Source: Bacteroidia bacterium (GTDB lineage Bacteria; Bacteroidota; Bacteroidia; SpSt-205). From it: a DNA stretch of 64,000 nt. Shown here in pieces: positions 46,029 to 54,722 of this stretch (the first letter of the stretch is position 1; each line of letters begins with the position of its first letter). A program made the translations under genes and the position numbers. The notes under the pieces were generated by a model, which saw only the letters and a program-made list of their open reading frames with translations, was not told where the DNA came from and did not search any database. Location: positions 68,363 through 132,362 of the forward strand of contig JANXCX010000019.1 in NCBI GenBank assembly GCA_025059535.1, read 5' to 3'.

Positions 46029-46056
46029 CGTATTTTTGCCTGCGTATTTTTGCCTG
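46029..46056 (+). repeat. Perfect 14-bp tandem duplication CGTATTTTTGCCTG x2, each copy holding a -7 box
   Basis: Copies at 46029-46042 and 46043-46056; the second box is 5 nt before ATG 46058. Confidence 0.9.
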
Positions 46057-46057
46057 G

Positions 46058-46768
46058 ATGAATCGCCGCCAGTTCCTAGGGGTTTTGGGGGCACTTACCT
46101 GGATGGGGCTGAGCCGGCGACCTTTCGGTTGGTCTCTGGCCTCCGAGGCTGAAACCTACCCCTTTCGCCTGCCCCCCTTACCTTACCCTTATGAAGCGCT
46201 AGAACCTCATATAGATGCCCGTACCATGCAAATTCACCACCAGGGCCATCACCAAACCTACGTGCAAAATCTCAACAAAGCCTTAGAGGAGCTCCCCCAG
46301 TTTCAAAGCTGGGAATTGGAGCGTCTTCTTAGCCATTTGTCTGATGTACCTTCCTCTCATCGCACCACCATTCAGAATAATGGCGGGGGACACTGGAATC
46401 ATAGCTTCTTTTGGCGGATTCTTTCCCCTACCCCTTCTGAACCTTCTAAGGCGCTTCAAGCAAGATTAGAAAAGGTTTTTGGGAGTTGGGCGGCTTTTCG
46501 GGCTAAATTTTTAGATACCGCAGCTCAGCTTTTTGGTTCGGGCTGGGTGTGGCTCGTACAGACTCCTAGGGGTGACCTCTCCATAGTCCCCACAGCTAAT
46601 CAGGACAATCCCCTTATGCCCCATATCACCCCCCAGGGCAAGCCTATCTTGGGGATAGATGTATGGGAGCATGCGTATTACCTCAAGTACCAAAATCGCC
46701 GCACCGAATATTTAGCCGCTGTGTGGCAAGTCATTAATTGGGCGCAGGTGGAAGCCCTTTTAGGCTAA
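46058..46768 (+). CDS. sodA: Mn-type superoxide dismutase with a Tat signal peptide
   Basis: MNRRQFL twin-Arg; LPYPYEALEPHID..TM..HH..HH, NNGGGHWNH, FGSGW.WL, NQD and DVWEHAYY. Confidence 0.93.
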   Translation: MNRRQFLGVLGALTWMGLSRRPFGWSLASEAETYPFRLPPLPYPYEALEPHIDARTMQIHHQGHHQTYVQNLNKALEELPQFQSWELERLLSHLSDVPSSHRTTIQNNGGGHWNHSFFWRILSPTPSEPSKALQARLEKVFGSWAAFRAKFLDTAAQLFGSGWVWLVQTPRGDLSIVPTANQDNPLMPHITPQGKPILGIDVWEHAYYLKYQNRRTEYLAAVWQVINWAQVEALLG

Positions 46769-46769
46769 A

Positions 46770-48569
46770 ATGCGGCGCGCGGCCATAGTAATTGTACTCC
46801 TAACTAGTATTGTCCTAGCTTCCCTCTGGATGTATCGCCGTTTTTTGCGGCCGCCGGCACGCCCCACTTTATGGCAGAATCTACCTGCGGGCTTTTCGTT
46901 AGTGATTTATACGCCTTCTTTTGGGCAATCGTGGAAGCAACTTCGCCGCAGTCCCCTGTGGAATATTGGCTGGCAGAGCCCCCATCTTGCCAGCTTCTTC
47001 CAAGCCGCTGCGGCATGGGACTCTCTGCTGAAACGCTATACTTTCTTAGCCGAATGGCTTCTAAATAGGGGCATACTAATAGCTTTTTACAACCGAGAGC
47101 CCCTTTACTTGATTGAAGCGCCCTTTTTGGCTCAAATAGGGGATTGGCGCAGCCTTATGAGCCAGCTGGCCAGCGAGTATAACTGGCCGGTACGCTTAGT
47201 GGAAAAGGAGGGCTATGCGATGTGGAAGCTGCCCCAGGGATATTTGGCGCCAGCTGGTACGATACTCGTGTATGCAGAGCACCCGCGGCTAGTAGCTCGG
47301 TTCTTAAGCGGGGCTACGGGGGAAACGCCCCCCTGGCAGTGGCATAATCTCCCCGATGAAGTTTCCCCTTGGCTTTTTCTAGGTTGGCAGGGGGACTCTT
47401 TAGCGCATCTCTGGTCCCATCCCGCTTTAGCCTTCTTGAGTCTCCTCAAGTGGGGGGAGGCGCGCCTGCGCTTAGAAGAGGATGGACTTTATGCCGAGGG
47501 CCAGGTCTTAGCCGACACAGCGTTTTGGCGGCATATAGCCCCGAGCACCTTAGACGTAGCCGGCCTTTGCCCAGCTTCTACGCAAAGCTTTCTCCGTCTG
47601 CGGTTGGCTGATCCTCAGGCCTTCTACCGCACCTACCTCTTGAGGCAGTATGCCTCCGAAATCCAACAGGCTGAAAGCTGGCTGGGGTTTTCCTTTGAGA
47701 AACAGCTCCTAAGCCACTTTTCTGGCGAAATAGGGGTAGGACTTCTTTCTACTCCTTTTGTTCTTCTCCAAGCCAAAGAGGCCGAAGAGATCCAAGCTTC
47801 CCTTAAGAAGCTCGCTCGGCGGCTGGCCTATCGTACGCCTTTCACCGTAAAGCACACGGTCTATCGGGGCTACCCTATCCAGCAAATTACGCTTAAGCGC
47901 TTTTTCCGATGGCTATTGGGTCGAGCCTTTCAAGGCTGGGAAAGTCCTTACTTTCTTCAGGTAGGGGAATGGCTCGTTTTTGCGGATTCGGCTGTTACCC
48001 TTCAGGAGTGGTTAGATGCCTACCTGGCCCGGCGCAATCTTTATGAACGGGCGGATTTCAGCATGCCTTCGGAGCGCACTTTAGCCTTTTTCCATTTGTG
48101 GGCGAATCCACCTGACTGGCTTCGCCATTGGGTAGCCCCCGCAATGTATCCCAAATGGGCAAAAGAGCTGGCCGCCTGGAAGCAGGCCACCTTTGCGCTG
48201 CTGCCAAGTACAGGTTCTACACTTAGCCTACGCTTTCAACTCCTTTGGCAGTCTGATACTCTCCTTCCTTCTTCTTCCCCTCCTACTGCCCCACCTACCC
48301 TTGCGCTCTCTGATTCTACGAAAGATGGCCTGCAGGAGGAATTCTATCCGAATGGGGTGCTCAAGCGCCGCGTGTTGTATCTGGAGGGCAAACCAGAAGG
48401 GGAATATCGGGAGTATTACCCTAATGGCGTCATTAAGGTAGAGGGGCAGTATGAGCAGGGGGAAAAAGTAGGGCGCTGGCGCTACTACACCCCACAAGGC
48501 GAACTTTTGCGGGAGGAGGTCTGGAGCGCCGAGGAGCTGCCCGTCAAGGACACCGTAGCCGTGCCTTGA
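46770..48569 (+). CDS. Membrane-anchored DUF3352-like protein with C-terminal MORN-variant repeats
   Basis: N-terminal TM; PYF.....W.VF.DS; C-terminal DG...EFY.NG.LK......G..EG.Y.EYY.NG..K.EG.Y..G.K.G.W.YY. Confidence 0.72.
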   Translation: MRRAAIVIVLLTSIVLASLWMYRRFLRPPARPTLWQNLPAGFSLVIYTPSFGQSWKQLRRSPLWNIGWQSPHLASFFQAAAAWDSLLKRYTFLAEWLLNRGILIAFYNREPLYLIEAPFLAQIGDWRSLMSQLASEYNWPVRLVEKEGYAMWKLPQGYLAPAGTILVYAEHPRLVARFLSGATGETPPWQWHNLPDEVSPWLFLGWQGDSLAHLWSHPALAFLSLLKWGEARLRLEEDGLYAEGQVLADTAFWRHIAPSTLDVAGLCPASTQSFLRLRLADPQAFYRTYLLRQYASEIQQAESWLGFSFEKQLLSHFSGEIGVGLLSTPFVLLQAKEAEEIQASLKKLARRLAYRTPFTVKHTVYRGYPIQQITLKRFFRWLLGRAFQGWESPYFLQVGEWLVFADSAVTLQEWLDAYLARRNLYERADFSMPSERTLAFFHLWANPPDWLRHWVAPAMYPKWAKELAAWKQATFALLPSTGSTLSLRFQLLWQSDTLLPSSSPPTAPPTLALSDSTKDGLQEEFYPNGVLKRRVLYLEGKPEGEYREYYPNGVIKVEGQYEQGEKVGRWRYYTPQGELLREEVWSAEELPVKDTVAVP

Positions 48570-49119
48570 GGATCTGGTAGGCGTGGGATTCGGCGCCGTA
48601 GTACTTAGCGGTCGCGCCGCGTCGGAGCCATACGCAGGCCGAGTCGGGTTCCAACCGAGCCAAGAGGAGGTAAGCTAGTCCGCAGGCGGAGTCTTGTTGG
48701 AGCACTTCGGCGAGGTATTGGCGGGCTTTAGTAGGCTGGCCTATGTGCCAAGAAAGGCGAGCCAGGTAGGCGCGTGCCACCGGATGGGCGGTCATCTGGC
48801 GCAGACGCTGGATATACACCATAGGTGAGCCGCCTTCTAGCTGATCCGCCGCATACAGCAGGGTATAAGCCACCCCTAAGGCATAGGCGGGTGTATCGGT
48901 TTCCTGCACGGTGCGCGCGTACTGGAAAGCCGCCTGGCGCACTGAGGCCCCTAAGGTTTCCCCTAGTTCCAGCCGCCAGAAAGCCTGCGCTAAGGCCTCC
49001 AGCCCGGCGGCAGACCGCCTAAGAGTGCGGCGCTGCCCTAAAAACAGAAGCCCCACCCCCGCTCCTACCGCAGTTAGAAACCAGAGAATCCAGCGACTAA
49101 GCTCGCCGCTTAGCCTCAA
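48544..49119 (-). CDS. Membrane-anchored TPR-like hypothetical protein
   Basis: N-terminal TM followed by Ala/Leu/Tyr helical repeats; directly downstream of HU. Confidence 0.55.
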   Translation of the reverse strand: MRLSGELSRWILWFLTAVGAGVGLLFLGQRRTLRRSAAGLEALAQAFWRLELGETLGASVRQAAFQYARTVQETDTPAYALGVAYTLLYAADQLEGGSPMVYIQRLRQMTAHPVARAYLARLSWHIGQPTKARQYLAEVLQQDSACGLAYLLLARLEPDSACVWLRRGATAKYYGAESHAYQILKARLRCP

Positions 49120-49414
49120 AGCGTTTTAGCAAACCTTGATCCGCTTGAAGGCGAGCCTGTAGCTTCTCCGAAGGCTCAAAGGCCAGCTTAAGACGCGCCG
49201 GGATGGTGATAGTTTGCCCAGTTCGAATAAGACGCCCCTTGCGTGGCCGCTGATACTTGAGGCGGAACATGCCAAAGCCCCGCAGCGCCACTTCGCCACC
49301 CCGCATGAGTTCGTCTTCCATGCCTTCTAGGATAGCCTTGAGTACGGCCGCTACATCACCCCGAGAAAGCCCAGTCTTTTCACTGGCATAGCGTATGAGG
49401 TCTTTGCGCGTCAT
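49097..49414 (-). CDS. HU/IHF family DNA-binding protein
   Basis: MTRKDLI...SEKTG, V.LRGFG.F, R.GR...TG..I.IPA....F.PS; ATG 49414 lies 6 nt after TAGATTTG (49421-49428). Confidence 0.9.
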   Translation of the reverse strand: MTRKDLIRYASEKTGLSRGDVAAVLKAILEGMEDELMRGGEVALRGFGMFRLKYQRPRKGRLIRTGQTITIPARLKLAFEPSEKLQARLQADQGLLKRFEAKRRA

Positions 49415-50168
49415 GCCCCGCAAATCTACAATACCGCTCCCATACTTCTTCAAGGGCGGTGTGCGGTATAGCCAACGCTAGTCCTTCGTAGGTCCCTGAG
49501 CGGGTGGCCATATCGGATACCATGCCTACTACGAGGCCTTCAGCATTCAGCACGGGGCTGCCGGAGCTGCCTGGCTGCACCGCCAGAGCCAACTGCAGCA
49601 AAGGCTGGGCGGCGCCCCCCTCTAAACTCAGCCATCGGAGAGGCCCAGCCACAAATCCCTCATATAGCGTCCCAATTAGGCCCCAAGGCGCCCCAACCGA
49701 ATACACGCTCCAACCTACTGGCACCGCCTCCCCCTGATACAGCCGTAACCCCTCTCGGGCTAAAGTAGCGTTATACAGCAGGGCCACATCGGCGAGGCTA
49801 TCACGCCACACTACCTCCATCGTATAAGAATTTCCCTCGTAGTCCCATGCTTTTATTTCCATAGGCCCCTTTTTCTCTGGGAGCAGGTGGCGGCAGGTAA
49901 ATACATGCCCTGACCGATAGAGCCAGCCAGTACCCCGATGCACTTCGTGGAGATAGGCCTGTCTTACATGCACTTCTAAGCGGAAGGTGAAAGGAAGGAC
50001 TTTCCGCCACAAGCTGTGCCGTAGCCCTTCCACATAAGAAGGTCCTGACTGCCTAGAAAGGGAGTCCGGTGAATCCAGCTGAGAGGAAACCTTAGGCCTA
50101 CATCCAACTAAACCTACGATTCCGAGTACGCTACAATAGGGTTTCAGCCAACTGCTGGGCGCGCGCAT
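49380..50168 (-). CDS. Trypsin-like (S1C, no PDZ) serine protease lipoprotein
   Basis: Lipobox LVG|C; GTG, TCRH, DVALL and PGSSGSP (His-Asp-Ser triad). Confidence 0.82.
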   Translation of the reverse strand: MRAPSSWLKPYCSVLGIVGLVGCRPKVSSQLDSPDSLSRQSGPSYVEGLRHSLWRKVLPFTFRLEVHVRQAYLHEVHRGTGWLYRSGHVFTCRHLLPEKKGPMEIKAWDYEGNSYTMEVVWRDSLADVALLYNATLAREGLRLYQGEAVPVGWSVYSVGAPWGLIGTLYEGFVAGPLRWLSLEGGAAQPLLQLALAVQPGSSGSPVLNAEGLVVGMVSDMATRSGTYEGLALAIPHTALEEVWERYCRFAGHDAQRPHTLCQ

Positions 50169-50871
50169 AGTCCTCAGGCGTATCTACCGAAAAGGTACGA
50201 AATGGCGTTTCCCGCACCCAAATCTCGTAGCCATGGTAAAGCCACCGCAGCTGCTCCAGCTGCTCCGCTTCTTCCATGGGTACGGGTGAAAGGGCCACAA
50301 TCTCCATCAGTACCGAACGATGATACCCATACAGCCCCACATGCCGGTAGTAAGCAAAGCGCGTCAAGATCTCAGGACTTGTTAGAGGTAAATCACGCGG
50401 ACAGGGGATAATTGCACGCGAAAAGTAAAGGGCCTTGCCCTCTTTATTTGGTATAACCTTCACCACAGAAGGCGTCAAAAGCTCTTCTAGCTGATGGATG
50501 CGCGTCATGAGCGTCACTAAGGGGTAGCGCTGAAGGGCTTCCAAAAGGAGGATAAGCTGCTTAGCCTCTAAAAAGGGCTCATCGGCTTGAATATTGACGT
50601 AGGCGTCGTAGATGAATTTCTCGGCTACTTCGGCCACGCGCTCGGTACCAGAGGCATGGGTCGTACGCGTCATGATAGCGCGTCCGCCGAAGCGCTCTAC
50701 CGCCTCCACCACGCGCATGTCATCGGTAGCTACGAGGAGCGCGTCCTGAAATACGGGTTGCGCCCGTTCATACACATGCTGTACCATAGGCTTGCCTCGA
50801 AGAGGAAGGAGGACCTTACCTGGCAAGCGCTGTGAGTGATAGCGCGCAGGAATCACCCCAAGTACGCGCAT
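50131..50871 (-). CDS. kdsB: 3-deoxy-manno-octulosonate cytidylyltransferase
   Basis: IPARY.S.RLPGK, VATDD, H.SGTER, N.Q.DEP, LYFSR, E.LEQLR and VDT.ED. Confidence 0.96.
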   Translation of the reverse strand: MRVLGVIPARYHSQRLPGKVLLPLRGKPMVQHVYERAQPVFQDALLVATDDMRVVEAVERFGGRAIMTRTTHASGTERVAEVAEKFIYDAYVNIQADEPFLEAKQLILLLEALQRYPLVTLMTRIHQLEELLTPSVVKVIPNKEGKALYFSRAIIPCPRDLPLTSPEILTRFAYYRHVGLYGYHRSVLMEIVALSPVPMEEAEQLEQLRWLYHGYEIWVRETPFRTFSVDTPEDYARAQQLAETLL

Positions 50872-50884
50872 ACGCCTCCTTTGA

Positions 50885-50914
50885 CAAACCTAATGCCAGT
50901 CCGCCATACCTTCG
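50885..50914. promoter_or_regulatory. Divergent -7 boxes: TAGGTTTG (minus, for kdsB) and TACCTTCG (plus, 5 nt before the radical SAM ATG)
   Basis: Minus box 50885-50892; plus box 50907-50914 with one mismatch. Confidence 0.55.
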
Positions 50915-50919
50915 CATAG

Positions 50920-52233
50920 ATGCAGTTGGTTTGGGCGGATGAAAAAGGCCGCCTTTATGAGGCCCCAGGGTGGGAAGCCGTAGGGCGCAGCGGATTCTGG
51001 TACTTTCCCTGGCGGTATTATGGCCGCTGGATACCCCTACCGCCTGGAAGTAGGCTATTCCACTTAGTAGGGCGCCGGCCTTTAGGTTTAGACCCGAAGG
51101 GCCGCCTAAGACCCTACCCAAAGGGCTGGGCCGTAGCCGCTTTCATTGCCCCAGCCCATACCCAGCTGGCTTCAGCCGCCTACATAAACGGCCCTGAAGC
51201 CCCTACTCTACCGCTTTACGCCTACACGGCCGTAGGCTGGCATCAAGGAAAGTTCTATGTCCCAGCTATCCGGATAGACCCCCAACCGCGTCAGGATGTG
51301 CGGTATTTTTCCCATAAGGCGATTGCTCAAGGGGCGCAGGCCCTGCAGCGCCGCTTCCCACATAATAGGCTGGTTCAGCACCTCATGGACAATTGCGTGG
51401 CGCGCTATGCCTGCCCGGCCGCCCAGAATTTAGCCTTAGGCCGATGGGAATGCCCCCTGCCTACCTCACCTGGCTGCAACGCCGCCTGCCTCGGGTGTAT
51501 CTCGCTTCAGGACCCTCGGGAATCTCCGCTAACCAGCCCCCAAGAGCGGCTAGCCTTCCGCCCCACCGCTGAAGAAATCGCCGAACTAGCTATATATCAC
51601 CTGGAAAACGCTCCAGCGCCCATCGTAAGCTTTGGTCAAGGGTGCGAAGGGGAGCCTCTCCTTGTATGGCCTACTATCCTAGAAGCGGTTCAGCTTATTC
51701 GCCGTAAAACTAAACGCGGCCTCATCAATCTAAACACGAATGGGAGCTGGCCCCATATTATAGAGAAGCTGGCCCAAAGTGGCGTGGACAGCTTCCGAAT
51801 TAGCCTCAATAGCGCCCAAGCGACCTGGTATGAAACCTATTACCGCCCCCGCCATTATACCTTTGCCGACGTACAAGAATCTATCCGCTGTGCCACTCGG
51901 CTAGGGAAATGGGTATCCATCAACTACTTTACCCTGCCAGGTTTTACCGACCAGCCGGCTGAATTCGCCGCCCTGCGTCAGCTTATCCAGACGACCCAGC
52001 TTCACATGATTCAGTGGCGCAACTTCAACATAGACCCAGACTGGTACGCGGAGCGTATGGGCTTCAAAAAGGAGGATTTGGAGAAACCGCTGGGGATACG
52101 GTTTATCTTGCACCAGCTTCGCCGAGAATTCCCTCATATTCGCTACGGCTACTTCAACCCAACCGCCTCATTCATCCAAAAGAATTTAGGGTTTTCTTCA
52201 GCTGGCTCGCTTTCCTTGCCTTCCCCTATCTGA
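50920..52233 (+). CDS. Radical SAM protein of unknown function
   Basis: CxxxCxxC (CNAACLGC), SFGQGCEGEP, NTNGS and RISLNS; long N-terminal extension. Confidence 0.9.
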   Translation: MQLVWADEKGRLYEAPGWEAVGRSGFWYFPWRYYGRWIPLPPGSRLFHLVGRRPLGLDPKGRLRPYPKGWAVAAFIAPAHTQLASAAYINGPEAPTLPLYAYTAVGWHQGKFYVPAIRIDPQPRQDVRYFSHKAIAQGAQALQRRFPHNRLVQHLMDNCVARYACPAAQNLALGRWECPLPTSPGCNAACLGCISLQDPRESPLTSPQERLAFRPTAEEIAELAIYHLENAPAPIVSFGQGCEGEPLLVWPTILEAVQLIRRKTKRGLINLNTNGSWPHIIEKLAQSGVDSFRISLNSAQATWYETYYRPRHYTFADVQESIRCATRLGKWVSINYFTLPGFTDQPAEFAALRQLIQTTQLHMIQWRNFNIDPDWYAERMGFKKEDLEKPLGIRFILHQLRREFPHIRYGYFNPTASFIQKNLGFSSAGSLSLPSPI

Positions 52234-52235
52234 GA

Positions 52236-54722
52236 TTGGAGGGCTTGCAGGCATCCGGTCTTCTCAGACTGCTTGTAGGCGCGGGGCTGATGAGCGTAGG
52301 TGTAGCTCAGCCCTTTTCGTTGCGCGGGCTAGTGCGGACGCCCGACGGAAAACCCATCGGGTATGCGATCATACGCCTGCCTTATACAGGCTTCCAGAGC
52401 ATAGCCTCCATAGAAGGGGCTTTCACGCTCAGCCTACTTCAGGATACCGTTACCTTAGAAATCCGCCACTTAGGCTACAAAACCTACCGAGCCAAGCTAA
52501 ACCTAGACTCCTTAGGGTCCGGCCCACACACCTTTGTACTTTATCCTCAAGAAATCGTCCTGCCTGGGATAATAATTACACAGGATGACCGAGATCCAGG
52601 GGAAACGCTGATACGGCGGGCTATCGCGGCCAAAGCTGCAAATCGGCGGTGCCTTTCGGCTTTCCAAGCTGAGGCTTACACCCTTTATACCGTGCGCGTA
52701 CGGGATATTTCGGAAAGGCTCTGGAAGCTTCTTCGCAGCTCCGACTCGTTGCCCACGGGGATTTTGCTTTTGAGTGAAGCCTTCTCCACCCTTTACTTCG
52801 TTGCGCCAGATAAATACCGGGAGGAGATTCGGCATTCACGCTTTATTGGTCAGCGGCGCTATAGCTTTTTAGGAAATTGGATTTTTGCGGGTTTTGACCC
52901 CTATGGCGAGCGGGCGGCCTTCCCTGAACTCACCGAAACCCCCTTTGTACTTCCCTTAGCCACCGATGCCCCCCTCTACTATACTTATCGCCTCTTAGGT
53001 AGCTTTTACGAGGAAGGCATCCTTTTTTACAAGATTCAGGTAGTGCCTAAGAGCCGATTTTCCCCCTGTGTGGAGGGGTATGTAATTATAGCGGATGAAA
53101 GCTATGCGCTGGTAGGGTTAGAATGGCAGGCCCAAGCGCCGCGCCCTCTACGCTATACAGACAGTCTGAGTCTGCGCGCTACCTATATTCCTGTAGGTGG
53201 ATGCTACGCTATAGCCGAAATAAACTTTTGGGGCGACTTTCACCTTAGCGTAAGCCTCTTGGGTGAGATTAAGTTTCGGGGCGAAGGGTATGCCTCTTAC
53301 AGGCGGTATGTGCCCTTGGTCGTGGGCCAGAAGCCCTCTAAGCGAAGGCCCCAACAAGCGGCTGGAAAGCCACAAGCCCCTACCTTAGGGCCATCGGAAG
53401 CTAAGGAGACCTTGAGAGTGGCCCGAATAGATTTTGGGGAAATGGTATGGATTTCGCCGCGCGCTTCGGCGGCCTCAGAGGCTTTTTGGGACAGTGTGCG
53501 ATCGGCGCCCTTGGACTCTTTACAAGCGGCTTATATTCAGCGGCATGATAGCTTAATAGCCCAGCGTGATTCAGCGGCCCAAACGGCGCGTTTGCGGCGC
53601 TGGGAGTGGGAAGGATGGGGACTTAGATTCGCCTGGCCTCAGCGAGACTTTAGGCTAAAGGTTTATTTAGGCTTACCTGCTTATACGCCTCTGGAGGGTT
53701 GGGCCTTGCCTTTCCATACTGAGGTGCAGGCAGATAAGCACGCCTTTTCCGCTACTGTGCGGTACGGTTTCGGCTGGGAGAAAGCCTTAGTGCAACTAGG
53801 TTGGCGCACAGCCAGCCTGCGATTCCCTTTATGGCGACTCCAGGTACGCGGGGGTACGGAGCTAAGCGAGCCTACAGAAGTCCTCCAAGTACCGTTATGG
53901 TGGAATACGCTCTACTACCTTTGGCGCAGAGAACACCTATGGCAAGGCTATCCACGCACCTTCATAGAGGCGTATGGCCAAAGGCACCTCTCCCGTGCGG
54001 TAGTCGCAGCTTTGAAAGTAGGATATGACCAGAGGTCTAGGCAAGCGGGCCTCGGACCGTATTATTACGGGGTGCGCATAGGGGTAGGGCTGGCGTGGCA
54101 GCCAGGCGTACGGCTTTTTACTACCCCGCGCCGCACGCTTATCCTTCCGCCTGAGAGGACGCTTACTTGGGAAGTGCAGGGTGTTAGCGAAGTGGCTTTT
54201 CTTCCCCTTCCTTTGCTTGCGGTAGGGTTAGAAATTAGACCTACCCTCGGGATTAGCCCGTTTGGACGATTGTATTTTCGGCTGGCCAGTGGGTGGCAGA
54301 ATCGCCTGGCCCCCTGGGCCGATGCCCTTTACCTATCGGCAGCGCCTTTTCCTTTTCATCTAGCGGAGGGGGAGTTCCGTCGCACCTTCCTTTACACTCC
54401 CTTGGGCGTTTCAATGGGCCAGCTTCAGGTTACTTGGCGACCTGAGGGAAGTCTAGTGCGCCTCATCCCCCTGTTCCGGCGAAGCAGTTGGCAGGAGAGT
54501 TTTACCCTTCGCCTGGCCCAGGGCTCGGCTGGACCGCTCTATGCTGAGGGGAGCTTTTACCTGCTGCGTTTGGCCTTGCGGTTGCGAAAAACCGATCTAA
54601 GCCAGTGGCTGAGTATCGGGTTTCATGCGCCGCTGCGTAGCGTACGGGGAGGGTGGCTTCTAACCGTAGGGTTAGGCGAACCGGCTTTTTCTCCTTTATT
54701 GCCTAAGCTTAGCTTGCTGTGA
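52236..54722 (+). CDS. Carboxypeptidase-regulatory-like plus DUF5686-like outer membrane protein (start uncertain: TTG 52236 or 52245)
   Basis: Signal ending GVA|Q; G.V....GKP..YA.I, LGYK, DP...LIR.AI, PLA..A..YY.Y.L.G, I.V.PK, G.V.I.D.SYA and FWDS.R..PL. Confidence 0.78.
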   Translation: MEGLQASGLLRLLVGAGLMSVGVAQPFSLRGLVRTPDGKPIGYAIIRLPYTGFQSIASIEGAFTLSLLQDTVTLEIRHLGYKTYRAKLNLDSLGSGPHTFVLYPQEIVLPGIIITQDDRDPGETLIRRAIAAKAANRRCLSAFQAEAYTLYTVRVRDISERLWKLLRSSDSLPTGILLLSEAFSTLYFVAPDKYREEIRHSRFIGQRRYSFLGNWIFAGFDPYGERAAFPELTETPFVLPLATDAPLYYTYRLLGSFYEEGILFYKIQVVPKSRFSPCVEGYVIIADESYALVGLEWQAQAPRPLRYTDSLSLRATYIPVGGCYAIAEINFWGDFHLSVSLLGEIKFRGEGYASYRRYVPLVVGQKPSKRRPQQAAGKPQAPTLGPSEAKETLRVARIDFGEMVWISPRASAASEAFWDSVRSAPLDSLQAAYIQRHDSLIAQRDSAAQTARLRRWEWEGWGLRFAWPQRDFRLKVYLGLPAYTPLEGWALPFHTEVQADKHAFSATVRYGFGWEKALVQLGWRTASLRFPLWRLQVRGGTELSEPTEVLQVPLWWNTLYYLWRREHLWQGYPRTFIEAYGQRHLSRAVVAALKVGYDQRSRQAGLGPYYYGVRIGVGLAWQPGVRLFTTPRRTLILPPERTLTWEVQGVSEVAFLPLPLLAVGLEIRPTLGISPFGRLYFRLASGWQNRLAPWADALYLSAAPFPFHLAEGEFRRTFLYTPLGVSMGQLQVTWRPEGSLVRLIPLFRRSSWQESFTLRLAQGSAGPLYAEGSFYLLRLALRLRKTDLSQWLSIGFHAPLRSVRGGWLLTVGLGEPAFSPLLPKLSLL

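Noticed and set aside
45908..46094. Overlapping N-terminal extensions of sod (45908) and the TonB receptor (46094)
   Set aside because: Signal peptides and -7 boxes support starts at 46058 and 45989.
52014..52235. Start of the DUF5686-like gene at 52014
   Set aside because: It would overlap the radical SAM gene by 220 nt. The signal peptide begins after 52233.
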